DNA of 64,000 nt from Caulobacter sp. (GTDB lineage Bacteria; Pseudomonadota; Alphaproteobacteria; Caulobacterales; Caulobacteraceae). A model generated the notes under the pieces. The model ran no database searches. It saw only the letters and a program-made list of their open reading frames with translations, and had not been told where the DNA came from. Position numbers and translations under genes: made by a program. This document shows, in pieces, positions 19,308 through 30,155 of this stretch. Each line of letters opens with the position of its first letter. Positions within the stretch are counted from its first letter, which is position 1. The stretch is taken from assembly GCA_030678995.1 (NCBI GenBank), contig JAUXTQ010000007.1, positions 51,368-115,367 on the forward strand. The letters run 5' to 3'.

Positions 19308-19673
19308 GCTGACGGTCGCCGATTCCCCGGCTTGATAGGGTCTCCTGGTTTCCTGTCGGAGGGGGTCCAGGGTCCCTGCGGGCGGTCCGTCCTGGCCGAC
19401 CCGCCGTGAGCGGCCCCGGTTCGAGCGATCGGACCGGGGTCAGTTCGTTGCCCGGCCTGACACCGCTTTCCGCCACATTCGGCGGAGGGTTGAAACACTC
19501 CGGTCCCGAACAGGACGTGAACCGGCCCCACTGGCGACAAGCCCGGCCATCAGTCCTTCGTCATGGCGCAGCTCCGGACGGAGCTCGGGCGTCGCGTCCG
19601 TCAGCGGGGCTCCCCCCTTCTCGCTTCGGGCCTTGGCGGCGCCGTCGATTGCCGACGGCGCCGCCCCTTTTTT
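19308..19673 (+). ncRNA. Candidate large structured non-coding RNA, family unrecognised
   Basis: 5' GCTGACGG (19308) pairs with CCGTCAGC (19598-19605); several internal hairpins including a 13-bp GCGA-tetraloop stem; upstream -35 and downstream intrinsic terminator; no convincing ORF. Confidence 0.6.
19635..19673 (+). terminator. Rho-independent terminator
   Basis: 13-bp perfect stem GGCGGCGCCGTCG/CGACGGCGCCGCC followed by CC and T6. Confidence 0.8.
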
Positions 19674-19818
19674 CTGATCGAACTTCGGTTCTGACCGTCG
19701 CATCCGACTCGAGGGGCTTGGCTTTGGCTTGATCCTGATCAACGATAACCTGAGCCGGGGGAGACACTCTGGCCGCCAGGAAACATCCCGGAAGCTCAAG
19801 AAAAAGAAGATCTGCCCC

Positions 19819-21321
19819 ATGACCGACACCGATACCCTGACCAGGCCCACGGCCCGGACCACCGAACATTTCGATGTGCTGATCGTCGGGGCCGGAATCT
19901 CCGGCGTCGGCGGCGCCTACCACCTGGCCACGCAGCGCCCCGGCACGAGCTATGTGGTGCTGGAGACCCTCGACAATTTCGGCGGCACCTGGTGGATGCA
20001 CCGCTATCCCGGCATTCGCTCCGACAGCGACCTCTACACCTTCGGCTATCGCTTCAAGCCGTGGATCGGCGCGCCCATCGCCAGCGCCGAGGAAATCCTC
20101 AAATACATGGGCGAGGTGATCGAGGAGAACGATCTCAACAAGCACATCCGCTACGGCCACAAGATCACCTCGGCGGTCTGGTCGACCCCTGACCGGCGCT
20201 GGACCATCGAGGCGGTGCGGTCCGATACCGGCGAGACGGTGCATTTCACCGCGGGCTTCCTCTGGATGTGCCAAGGCTACTACCGCCATTCCGAGGGCTA
20301 CACCCCCGAATGGGAGGGCATGGAGACCTTCAAGGGCAAGATCGTCCACCCGCAGACCTGGCCCGAGGACCTCGACTACAAGGGCAAGAAGGTCATCGTC
20401 ATCGGCTCGGGCGCCACGGCGGCGACCCTGATCCCCGCCATCGCCGGCGACACCGCCCACACCACCCTGCTGCAGCGCTCGCCGACCTATTTCATCCCCG
20501 GCCGCAACGAGAACGAGCTGGCCAACACCCTGCGCGAGCTGGAGATCGACGAGACCTGGATCCACGAGATTGTCCGCCGCAAGGTGTTGTTCGATCAGGC
20601 CGCCTTCACCAAACGGGCGGTGGAGGAGTCCGAGGCGGTCAAGGAGGAACTGCTGGCGGGCGTGCGCGCCTTCGTCGGTCCGGATTTCGATGTGGACAAG
20701 CACTTCACCCCGAAATACCGCCCCTGGCGCCAGCGCATCGCCTTCGTGCCGGACGGCGACCTGTTCCAGGGCGTGGTCTCGGGCAAGGCCTCGGTGGTCA
20801 CCGACGAGATCGACCGCTTCACCGAGAACGGCATCCTGCTGAAATCCGGCCAGGAGCTGGAGGCCGACATCATCGTCACCGCCACGGGCTTCAACCTGAG
20901 CGTCCTGGGCGACATCGCTTTCGTCGTCGACGGCAAGCCGCTGAACTTCGCCGACACGGTGACCTATCGCGGCATGATGTTCACCGGCGTGCCCAACATG
21001 GTCTGGGTGTTCGGCTACTTCCGGGCCAGCTGGACCCTGCGGGCCGACCTGATCGGCGACTTCGTCTGCCGTCTGTTGGACCACATGGAGAAGAAGGGCG
21101 CGGAGGTGGTCACCGTTGCCCTGCGGCCGCAGGATCGCGACATGCCCCTGTCGGACTGGATGGATCCGGAGAACTTCAATCCGGGCTACCTGATGCGCGG
21201 CATGCACCTGCTGCCGAAGAAGGGCGACAAGCCCGAATGGCAGCACACCCAGGACTATTGGGCCGAGAAGGACGAAATCCCCGCCATCGACCTGGACGAC
21301 GCGGCCTTCGTCTACAGCTAG
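19819..21321 (+). CDS. Flavin-containing (Baeyer-Villiger, EthA-like) monooxygenase
   Basis: GAGISG, GGTW...RYPG.RSDSD, FKGKIVHPQTWP fingerprint, GSGATA and ATG motifs. Confidence 0.92.
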   Translation: MTDTDTLTRPTARTTEHFDVLIVGAGISGVGGAYHLATQRPGTSYVVLETLDNFGGTWWMHRYPGIRSDSDLYTFGYRFKPWIGAPIASAEEILKYMGEVIEENDLNKHIRYGHKITSAVWSTPDRRWTIEAVRSDTGETVHFTAGFLWMCQGYYRHSEGYTPEWEGMETFKGKIVHPQTWPEDLDYKGKKVIVIGSGATAATLIPAIAGDTAHTTLLQRSPTYFIPGRNENELANTLRELEIDETWIHEIVRRKVLFDQAAFTKRAVEESEAVKEELLAGVRAFVGPDFDVDKHFTPKYRPWRQRIAFVPDGDLFQGVVSGKASVVTDEIDRFTENGILLKSGQELEADIIVTATGFNLSVLGDIAFVVDGKPLNFADTVTYRGMMFTGVPNMVWVFGYFRASWTLRADLIGDFVCRLLDHMEKKGAEVVTVALRPQDRDMPLSDWMDPENFNPGYLMRGMHLLPKKGDKPEWQHTQDYWAEKDEIPAIDLDDAAFVYS

Positions 21322-21413
21322 GGGGCAGGCGGCGTGGGCTGGCCTCGAGTCGGCTCACGCCGCGCGAACGCGCCGCGATCCTGATTGTCCGGAGGGTTGG
21401 TCCACCACGAAAG

Positions 21414-21489
<76 letters not shown>

Positions 21490-21574
21490 GTATCGACGGT
21501 CGGGGCTTTGTCGAGGCCCGGCGGCGAGGGCGCGGAACATAGCCGAATAGTTCGGGGACGCAAGGGCGATACGC

Positions 21575-21916
21575 ATGGCCAGACGGGACATCACGGGCGC
21601 GGTCGATTTTCCCTATCTGGAGCAGTTCGCCGCGGGCGACTCCGAGGTCGTCGACGAGGTGCTGGAGTTATTCCAGGAACAGGCCGCCATGTGGTCGCCG
21701 ATGCTCGATGGCGCCTCGGAAGGCTGGCGCGACGCGGTCCATACGGTGAAGGGCGCGGCGCGGGGGGTGGGGGCCCACGCCCTGGGTGAGGCCTGCGAGC
21801 GGGCGGAGAGGGAAGGCCCCCAGGCCCTGCCCGGCGTCCACGCGGCCCTCGACGCGGCCCTGTTCGACATCGCCGCCTATCGCCATGAGAAGGCGCTGCG
21901 GTCGCTGAGGAGCTAA
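21575..21916 (+). CDS. shpA: Stand-alone Hpt phosphotransfer protein (ShpA-like)
   Basis: HTVKGAARGVGA Hpt motif; N-terminus MARRDITGAVDF resembles Caulobacter ShpA as I recall it. Confidence 0.75.
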   Translation: MARRDITGAVDFPYLEQFAAGDSEVVDEVLELFQEQAAMWSPMLDGASEGWRDAVHTVKGAARGVGAHALGEACERAEREGPQALPGVHAALDAALFDIAAYRHEKALRSLRS

Positions 21917-22043
21917 GATCCTCCCCCATCGGGGGAGGTGGCGCTGCATAGCCTTGGCGAAGCAGTGACGGAGGGGGTCCGCTCCGGTCTCGGGGGACCC
22001 CCTCAGTCGGCTTCGCCGACAGCTCCCCCAAGGGGGGAGCATC
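21917..22043. repeat. Palindromic repeat family A, copy 3
   Basis: CTCCCCCATCGGGGGAGGTGGC...GACAGCTCCCCCAAGGGGGGAGC between convergent stop codons. Confidence 0.85.
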
Positions 22044-24059
<2,016 letters not shown>

Positions 24060-24152
24060 GGCCTGCCTCCCCAAGAGGCGGAAGGGTGTCCGGATTCCGG
24101 TGCGAGTGGCTACTCGGTTTCAGCCCGACGGCTTCAGCTCAAACCTCAAACA

Positions 24153-24225
24153 CTGTCATCCCGGAAGCCGCGCAGCGGCTATCCGGGACCCAGATAGACT
24201 CCGGACTGAATCTGGGCCTCGGCTC
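24153..24225. repeat. Palindromic repeat family C, left part (CTGTCATCCCGG...)
   Basis: CTGTCATCCCGG-AAGCCGCGCAGCGGCT-ATCCGGGACCCAGAT...ATCTGGG; matching right end at 25242-25253. Confidence 0.7.
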
Positions 24226-24233
24226 ATTTCGAG

Positions 24234-24983
24234 TTACCCACCACTGCACATGTCTTTGAATTGCTTTGCATATTCATCTATTGGCGCGAGTCCAATAGCG
24301 ATTCGACGCTCGTCAACTTGCTCGGGGTCGGAAATCTCGAACGGACTCCAAGCTCCACTTTGGCACTTTCCTTGGGTGCCATACACCTGAGGTCTCGATT
24401 CGGCGGCGGCGATTCGATCTTCTAAATATGCGACGTCCCGCCAACTCACCTCGCCTTGCGCCGCGAGGGGTCTCAGGACTTCAAGCACTTCCTTCTGCCA
24501 GGTAGGATCTTGATCGGCATGCTGAACTATCAGCCAAGCCACATGGGAGGCAGAAGAGCCGTATATCGATATTCGAAACCACCCGATCCGCGCTAGCGTA
24601 GCTTTTAGCCAGAGTTTATTTTCAGCGTCTATTTCTGCTATTTTTGACCATACAAGACTTTTCAGGTCGATGTCATCTTGGCTTGTCGCGCCACCACCAA
24701 GCAACTCTTGACGCGTCTTATAGTATAATGCGGCACGGTAAACTTGGTCGATTCGCGCACGTCTAAACAATTCCCGAGCGTCGGAGTATTGTGCGCGGCT
24801 CTCGAGGCCAGAATATCTCCCCAATATCCGCGTCAATGCCAGGGGCGTCCCCGGTTCCGCTTGCGACCTTTCGAGAATTGCTATGGCAGCATTGACCCGG
24901 CCTCCGGCATGTACCGTTGACCAAATCGCTGCGGCTAATAAAATGGCGATTAGAGCAAGTGCGACACCAATTCTTCCTCGCAT
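24234..24983 (-). CDS. DUF6624-like exported protein, low GC
   Basis: DQ..R, D.EN..WLK, GW, AWLIVQHAD, AYLEDR, PQVYGTQ and VDERR..IGL motifs; AT-rich codons. Confidence 0.78.
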   Translation of the reverse strand: MRGRIGVALALIAILLAAAIWSTVHAGGRVNAAIAILERSQAEPGTPLALTRILGRYSGLESRAQYSDARELFRRARIDQVYRAALYYKTRQELLGGGATSQDDIDLKSLVWSKIAEIDAENKLWLKATLARIGWFRISIYGSSASHVAWLIVQHADQDPTWQKEVLEVLRPLAAQGEVSWRDVAYLEDRIAAAESRPQVYGTQGKCQSGAWSPFEISDPEQVDERRIAIGLAPIDEYAKQFKDMCSGG

Positions 24984-25236
24984 TCTAATCTCCTCTCGCC
25001 TTACGGGCCTTGTCCACCAGGTCGTGCGCGGCGGCATTTCTACTTTAAGGCGGGATTGGCGGAGGCGAAACGGCGATGGGCAGCTACCCGCGGTGGTGTT
25101 GAGGTGAGGATGGTGCTGCGAGAGCTGGCCCCACTCTCTCAACCCGACCCCGGGCGAACAACCTTGATAGCTTCGACAGCTAGCCCGCTCCACTGGCGGT
25201 GTGAAAGCTCGGCTTTCCAGCCCACCTGCGCGGGCT

Positions 25237-25253
25237 TGCGGCCGGGATGACAG
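25237..25253. repeat. Palindromic repeat family C, displaced right end (...GCCGGGATGACAG)
   Basis: 25242-25253 is the exact reverse complement of 24153-24164. Confidence 0.65.
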
Positions 25254-25256
25254 GGG

Positions 25257-25607
25257 CTATTCGCTGCGCAGCCGGTCCCAGACGCCGAACTCATAGGCGA
25301 TGCAGCGGTCGATCAGGGTGCGCCAGACGGGTTCGGCGATGGCTTCGGAGAGGCCGGCCTCGCGAGCGGCGGCCTTGACCTTGGCGACCACGTCCTCGAT
25401 GCGGGCCGTGTCGCGCACGACGTGCCGGTCGGTCTTGATGCGGGCGGCGGCGTCCATGTAGCCCTGACGCTCGGCGAGCAGGGCGACCAGGGCGCGGTCG
25501 AGGGCGTCCACGCCCTGCCGGACCTCGGCCATGGTGGTGCAGTCGGCGGGCGCGACGCGCCCATCAACAGGGAGGGCGTCGGCCCCGTTCAAAACATCTC
25601 TGGCCAC
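25257..25607 (-). CDS. Chorismate mutase type II (AroQ/PchB-like)
   Basis: M.EVR.GVD.LDR.LV.LLAER..YMD.AARIK motif; start uncertain. Confidence 0.85.
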   Translation of the reverse strand: MARDVLNGADALPVDGRVAPADCTTMAEVRQGVDALDRALVALLAERQGYMDAAARIKTDRHVVRDTARIEDVVAKVKAAAREAGLSEAIAEPVWRTLIDRCIAYEFGVWDRLRSE

Positions 25608-25608
25608 G

Positions 25609-26565
25609 TCAGATACCGGCGCCGTTGTCCATGGTCTGGAGGGCCGCCTCATGGGCGGCGGCCTCCGCGGAAAGCCAGGAGACGAACGCCTTCACCTGCG
25701 GCAGCCGTCCCTTGGTCTTGGGGTGGACGACGTAATAGGCGAAGTCCACGGCGGTGGCGATGGGAAACGGCGTCACCAGGCGTCCGGCGTCGAGGTCGGC
25801 CTGGGCCAGGGTGCGTTTGGCCAGCGCGATGCCCCGGCCGTTCATCGCCGCCTCGATCACCAGACTCGACTGATTGAAGCGCGGCCCGCGCGTACCATCG
25901 ACATTCTTGATCCCTCGGGCGGCCAGCCACATGGCCCAGTCGGGGCAGGAGTCGTCGGCGTCGGGCGAGCCGTCATGCAGCAGGATGTGGCCCGTCAGGT
26001 CCGACGGATCATTGAGCGGATTTGCCTCAAGCAGGCCCGGGCTGGCCACCGGAATGACAGTCTCGCTGAGCAGGCGGGTGACCTCCAGCCCCGGATAGCG
26101 GCCGCCGCCGTAGCGGATGGCCAGGTCGATCTCGTTGCTGGCGAAGTCGACCACCTCCATGCCGGCGCTGAGCCAGACGTCGACCTGCGGCTGGGCCTCC
26201 TCGAACTTGCCCAGCCGCGGGACCAGCCATTTGGCGGCGAAGGACGGGGCGGCGGTCAGGGTCAGGCGGCGGCCATCGACGGCGGCGGTCAGCAGGCTGG
26301 CCGCCTCGGCCAGGCGGTCGAAGGCCTCGCGCAGGGCGGGCAGGGCGGTCTGGGCCGCGTCGGTCAGCAACAGGCCCTTGGGCGTGCGCTTGAACAGGGC
26401 CGCCCCGACGTAGTCTTCCAGGTTCTGGATCTGCTGGCTGACGGCGCCGGGCGTCACCGACAGTTCGTCGGCGGCGCGGCTGAAATTGAGATGCCGGGCG
26501 GCGGCCTCGAACGCGCGCAGCGCGTTGAGCGGCGGAAGCCTTCGGCGTTCGATCGTTCGTTCCAT
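25609..26565 (-). CDS. LysR-type regulator, GcvA family
   Basis: RRLPPLNALRAFEAAARHLNFSRAADELSVTPGAVSQQI HTH; FAAKWLVPRL. Confidence 0.9.
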   Translation of the reverse strand: MERTIERRRLPPLNALRAFEAAARHLNFSRAADELSVTPGAVSQQIQNLEDYVGAALFKRTPKGLLLTDAAQTALPALREAFDRLAEAASLLTAAVDGRRLTLTAAPSFAAKWLVPRLGKFEEAQPQVDVWLSAGMEVVDFASNEIDLAIRYGGGRYPGLEVTRLLSETVIPVASPGLLEANPLNDPSDLTGHILLHDGSPDADDSCPDWAMWLAARGIKNVDGTRGPRFNQSSLVIEAAMNGRGIALAKRTLAQADLDAGRLVTPFPIATAVDFAYYVVHPKTKGRLPQVKAFVSWLSAEAAAHEAALQTMDNGAGI

Positions 26566-26740
26566 AGAAATCCTGAGGCCCCCGGCAGAACTCTTGGTTT
26601 GCGAAGTGGGCGCCTCGCTCCCAGTTTACAACCGTTCGGTGGCGCATTGGCCCTTTTCGTCATCGGACGGGTGGCGGGGCGGATCTTCACGGTCCGTCCC
26701 GCCCCGACTCGTCAGACTCTTATAGAGAAACTATCGCACC

Positions 26741-27649
26741 ATGTCCCGGGTCTCTCGACCATCCCAGCCCCGTCGCCTGATCGCGCTCGACGGCGCGACG
26801 ACCGCCGCCCGGCCCGGCAAGGTCTGGCTGGTGGGCGCCGGCCCGGGCGATCCGGAGCTGCTGACCCTCAAGGCCGCCCGGCTGATCGCGGCGGCCGGGG
26901 TGATCGTCCATGACGGCCTGGTCTCGACCGAGATTCTCGCCATGGCGGCGCCGGACGCGCGCCTGATCGACGTGGCCAAGCGCAAGAACCGCCACACCCT
27001 GCCGCAGGACGACATCAACCGCCTGCTGGTGGCCTTCGCCCGCCAGGGCCTGGACGTGGTCCGGCTCAAGGGCGGCGACCCGTTCATCTTCGGCCGCGGC
27101 GGCGAGGAACTGGAAGAGTGCCGCGCCGCCGGCATCGCCTGCGAAGTCGTGCCCGGCGTCACCGCCGCCCTGGCCGCCTCGGCGAGCGCCGGCGCGCCCC
27201 TGACCCACCGGGGACTGGCCCAGGCGGTGACCTTCGTCACCGGCCACGCCGCGCACGGTGAGCCGGACCTGGACTGGGATCACCTGGCCCGGGCCAACCA
27301 GACCGTCGTCATCTACATGGGCCTGACCACTGCCGGCCGGATCGCGGGCCGCCTGATGGCCGCCGGCCGCGACGCGGCCACGCCGGCGCTGATCGTCGTC
27401 AACGCCAGCCGGGCGGACGAGGCGCGCTATCCGACGACGTTGGGTCGGCTGGCGGTCACGGCGGAGGGGCTGTCAGGGCCCGCGCTGTTGATCGTGGGTG
27501 AAGCGATGAGCCTCGCCAGTGCGTCCTTCGAGACGCTGACTTCGTCAGCTCCTCAGGATGACGAACAGGGTGGGCTGCACAGTGTTCGTCATGGTGAGGA
27601 GCGGCGCGTCAGCGCCGCGTCTCGAACCACGCAGAGGGGCTCCGCATGA
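26741..27649 (+). CDS. cobA: Uroporphyrinogen-III C-methyltransferase (CysG/CobA) with repeat-derived C-terminal tail
   Basis: VWLVGAGPGDPELLT, VVRLKGGDPFIFGRGGEE and VPGVTA motifs. Confidence 0.92.
   Translation: MSRVSRPSQPRRLIALDGATTAARPGKVWLVGAGPGDPELLTLKAARLIAAAGVIVHDGLVSTEILAMAAPDARLIDVAKRKNRHTLPQDDINRLLVAFARQGLDVVRLKGGDPFIFGRGGEELEECRAAGIACEVVPGVTAALAASASAGAPLTHRGLAQAVTFVTGHAAHGEPDLDWDHLARANQTVVIYMGLTTAGRIAGRLMAAGRDAATPALIVVNASRADEARYPTTLGRLAVTAEGLSGPALLIVGEAMSLASASFETLTSSAPQDDEQGGLHSVRHGEERRVSAASRTTQRGSA
27520..27633. repeat. Palindromic repeat family B, copy 2 (114 nt, in frame inside cobA/cysG)
   Basis: TGCGTCCTTCGAGACG...CGTCTCGAACCACGCA; length equals 38 codons. Confidence 0.85.
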
Positions 27650-28008
27650 AAGCCCTCACCGCAAACCGTCTGATCGATGGCGAGGTCGTGTTCTGGCAGG
27701 CCGGCGACTGGATCGAGCGCTTCGCCGAGGCCCAGTTCTTCGCCGACGATGACGCCGCCGGTCCCGAGGCCGTGGAAACGGCCAAGGCCCAGCCCACGGT
27801 GATCGTCGAGCCCTATCTGATCGACATTGTCGAGGCCCCCGGCGGCTTCGCCCCGGTCAGCTACCGCGAGCGTCTGCGGGCGCTGGGCCCCACCAATGAA
27901 CCGACCCACGGCAAACAGGCCGAGGGCGGCGCCGGCGTCGAGGCGATCCTCGCCGCCACCGGCGCGGCCCGCTCGACCGGCCGTGTCGACCTGATCCGCA
28001 GGAAGTAG
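27646..28008 (+). CDS. DUF2849 protein
   Basis: LTANRL.DGEVVF and RERLRALGPT motifs; usual position before cysI. Confidence 0.85.
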   Translation: MKALTANRLIDGEVVFWQAGDWIERFAEAQFFADDDAAGPEAVETAKAQPTVIVEPYLIDIVEAPGGFAPVSYRERLRALGPTNEPTHGKQAEGGAGVEAILAATGAARSTGRVDLIRRK

Positions 28009-28012
28009 GCGC

Positions 28013-29671
28013 ATGTACCGCTACGACGCCATCGACAGGGAATTCCTCGCCGACCGGGCGGCCGAGTTTCGCGGCCAGGTTGCCCGCCGCCTGGCCGGCG
28101 AGCTGACCGAGGACCAGTTTCAGCCTCTGCGGCTGATGAACGGCCTGTACCTGCAGCTGCACGCCTACATGCTGCGGGTGGCGATCCCCTACGGCTCGCT
28201 GGACAGCCGCCAGCTGCGCCGGCTGGCCCATATCGCCCGCACCTGGGACAAGGGCTACGGCCACTTCACCACGCGGCAGAACATCCAGTTCAACTGGATC
28301 AAGCTGGGCGACGCCCCGGCGATCCTCGACGCCCTGGCCGAGGTCGACCTGCACGCTATCCAGACCAGCGGCAACTGCATCCGCAACGTCACCGCCGACC
28401 CCTACGCCGGGGCCACGGCCGAGGAGATCGACGATCCCCGCGTGTGGTCGGAGGTGATCCGCCAGTGGTCGACCCTGCACCCGGAATTCAGCTTCCTGCC
28501 GCGCAAGTTCAAGTTCGCGGTGACGGCCTCGGCGAAGGACCGCACGGCGGCGCGGGTGCATGACATCGGCCTGGTCCTGCGCCGGGCGCGGGACGGCTCG
28601 CTGGGCTTCGAGGTGATCGTCGGCGGCGGCCAGGGGCGCACCCCCTACGTCGGCCCGACCATCCGCGAGCATCTGCCGGTGGGCAGCCTGCTGAGCTACC
28701 TGCAGGCCATCCTGCGCGTCTACAACCGCCACGGCCGGCGGGACAACAAGTACAAGGCGCGGATCAAGATCCTCGTCGCGGCCCTCGGCAAGGACGAGTT
28801 CGCCCGTCAGGTCGAGGAAGAGTGGAGCCGGATCGACACCCCGCTGGCCGACCTGCCCGACACCGAGCTGGCCCGCATCCGCGGCGCCTTCACGCCGCTG
28901 ACCTTCGAAACCCTGCCGGCCCGGTCGGAAGCCTTCGAGGCCGCCAAAGCCGCCAGCCCGGCGCTGGCCCGGTTCGCGCGCAACAACGTCAAGCCGCACA
29001 AGAAGGCCGGCTACGCCATCGTCGAGATTTCGCTCAAGGCCCACGACGCCACGCCGGGCGACGCCTCGGCCGACCAGATGGACCTCGTCGCCGACCTGGC
29101 CGGGCGCTACGGCCTGGACGACGTGCGGGTGACCCACGAGCAGAACCTGGTCCTGCCGCACGTCAAGCTGGACGACCTGCCCGCCGTGCACGCCGCGCTG
29201 GCCGGGGCAGGCCTCGCCACCCCCAACATCGGCCTGATCAGCGACATCATCGCCTGCCCGGGGCTGGACTACTGCGCCCTGGCCAACGCCCGGGCCATCC
29301 CGATCGCCCAGGCCATCGCCCAACGGTTCGAGGACGCCGATCGGGCCGAGCTGATCGGCGAGCTGAAGATCAAGATCAGCGGCTGCATCAACGCCTGCGG
29401 CCACCATCATGTGGGCAACATCGGCATCCTCGGCGTCGACAAGAAGGGCGAGGAATTCTACCAGCTCAGCCTCGGGGGCTCGGGCCAGGAGGACGCGTCG
29501 CTGGCCCAGATCCTCGGCCCCGGCATGTCCGCCGACAAGGTGCCCGACGCCGTCGAAGCCCTGGTCGAGACTTATCTCAATGTGCGCCAGGGCGAGGAAC
29601 GCTTCCTCGACACCGTCCGCCGCCTGGGCATGGCCCCGTTCAAGGAGGCCGTCTATGCCGACGCTCATTAG
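28013..29671 (+). CDS. cysI: Sulfite reductase hemoprotein (nitrite/sulfite reductase)
   Basis: FTTRQNIQ, TSGNCIRNV, LPRKFK, ACPGLDYC and ISGCINACG siroheme/4Fe-4S motifs. Confidence 0.93.
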   Translation: MYRYDAIDREFLADRAAEFRGQVARRLAGELTEDQFQPLRLMNGLYLQLHAYMLRVAIPYGSLDSRQLRRLAHIARTWDKGYGHFTTRQNIQFNWIKLGDAPAILDALAEVDLHAIQTSGNCIRNVTADPYAGATAEEIDDPRVWSEVIRQWSTLHPEFSFLPRKFKFAVTASAKDRTAARVHDIGLVLRRARDGSLGFEVIVGGGQGRTPYVGPTIREHLPVGSLLSYLQAILRVYNRHGRRDNKYKARIKILVAALGKDEFARQVEEEWSRIDTPLADLPDTELARIRGAFTPLTFETLPARSEAFEAAKAASPALARFARNNVKPHKKAGYAIVEISLKAHDATPGDASADQMDLVADLAGRYGLDDVRVTHEQNLVLPHVKLDDLPAVHAALAGAGLATPNIGLISDIIACPGLDYCALANARAIPIAQAIAQRFEDADRAELIGELKIKISGCINACGHHHVGNIGILGVDKKGEEFYQLSLGGSGQEDASLAQILGPGMSADKVPDAVEALVETYLNVRQGEERFLDTVRRLGMAPFKEAVYADAH

Positions 29672-30155
29672 GCTTCAGGGCGGCGTCTACAGCCCGGCTG
29701 AGGACGTCTTCACCGACGTCGCCGACGAGGACGCCATTCCCGCCGCCGGGCCGGTGATCCTGTCGATGACCCGCTTCCAGGCCGAGGGCGACGCCCTGAT
29801 CGGCGCCGGACGCCAGGTCGGGGTCCGCGTGCAGGCTGACGAGGCTGTCGAGGACCTGGCCTACGACCTGCCGCGCCTGGCGGTGGTGGCGGTGGTCTTC
29901 CCCAAATACCGCGACGGCCGCGGCTACACCTCCGCGACCCTGCTGCGCCAGCGGCTGGGCTATGCCGGCGAGGTGAGGGCGGTCGGCGATGTCCTGCGCG
30001 AGCAGGCCGGCTTCATGGTTCGCTGCGGCATCGACGCCTTCGCGGCGGCCGACGGATCGACGGCGGAAGACTGGGCCGCCGCCGCCGGCCGCTTTCGCCA
30101 TGTCTACCAGCGCGCGGCGGACGCCCGCGCGCCGGTCTTCGAGGCGCGGGGGTGA
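29655..30155 (+). CDS. DUF934 protein
   Basis: FPKYRDGRGY..A.LLR.RLGY.GE.RAVGDVL motif. Confidence 0.88.
   Translation: MPTLIRLQGGVYSPAEDVFTDVADEDAIPAAGPVILSMTRFQAEGDALIGAGRQVGVRVQADEAVEDLAYDLPRLAVVAVVFPKYRDGRGYTSATLLRQRLGYAGEVRAVGDVLREQAGFMVRCGIDAFAAADGSTAEDWAAAAGRFRHVYQRAADARAPVFEARG

Noticed and set aside
19330-19360. CCAGGAGACC on the minus strand resembling the 3' end of a cobalamin riboswitch
   Set aside because: The upstream cobalamin-riboswitch core motifs (GGGAA, GCCCCCGCAACTGT, GCCACTG) are absent.
19164-19862. Short ORFs in the opgC-BVMO gap (19164-19409, 19298-19540, 19406-19732, 19440-19862)
   Set aside because: No clear RBS, motif or host-like codon pattern; the region is better explained by RNA structure.
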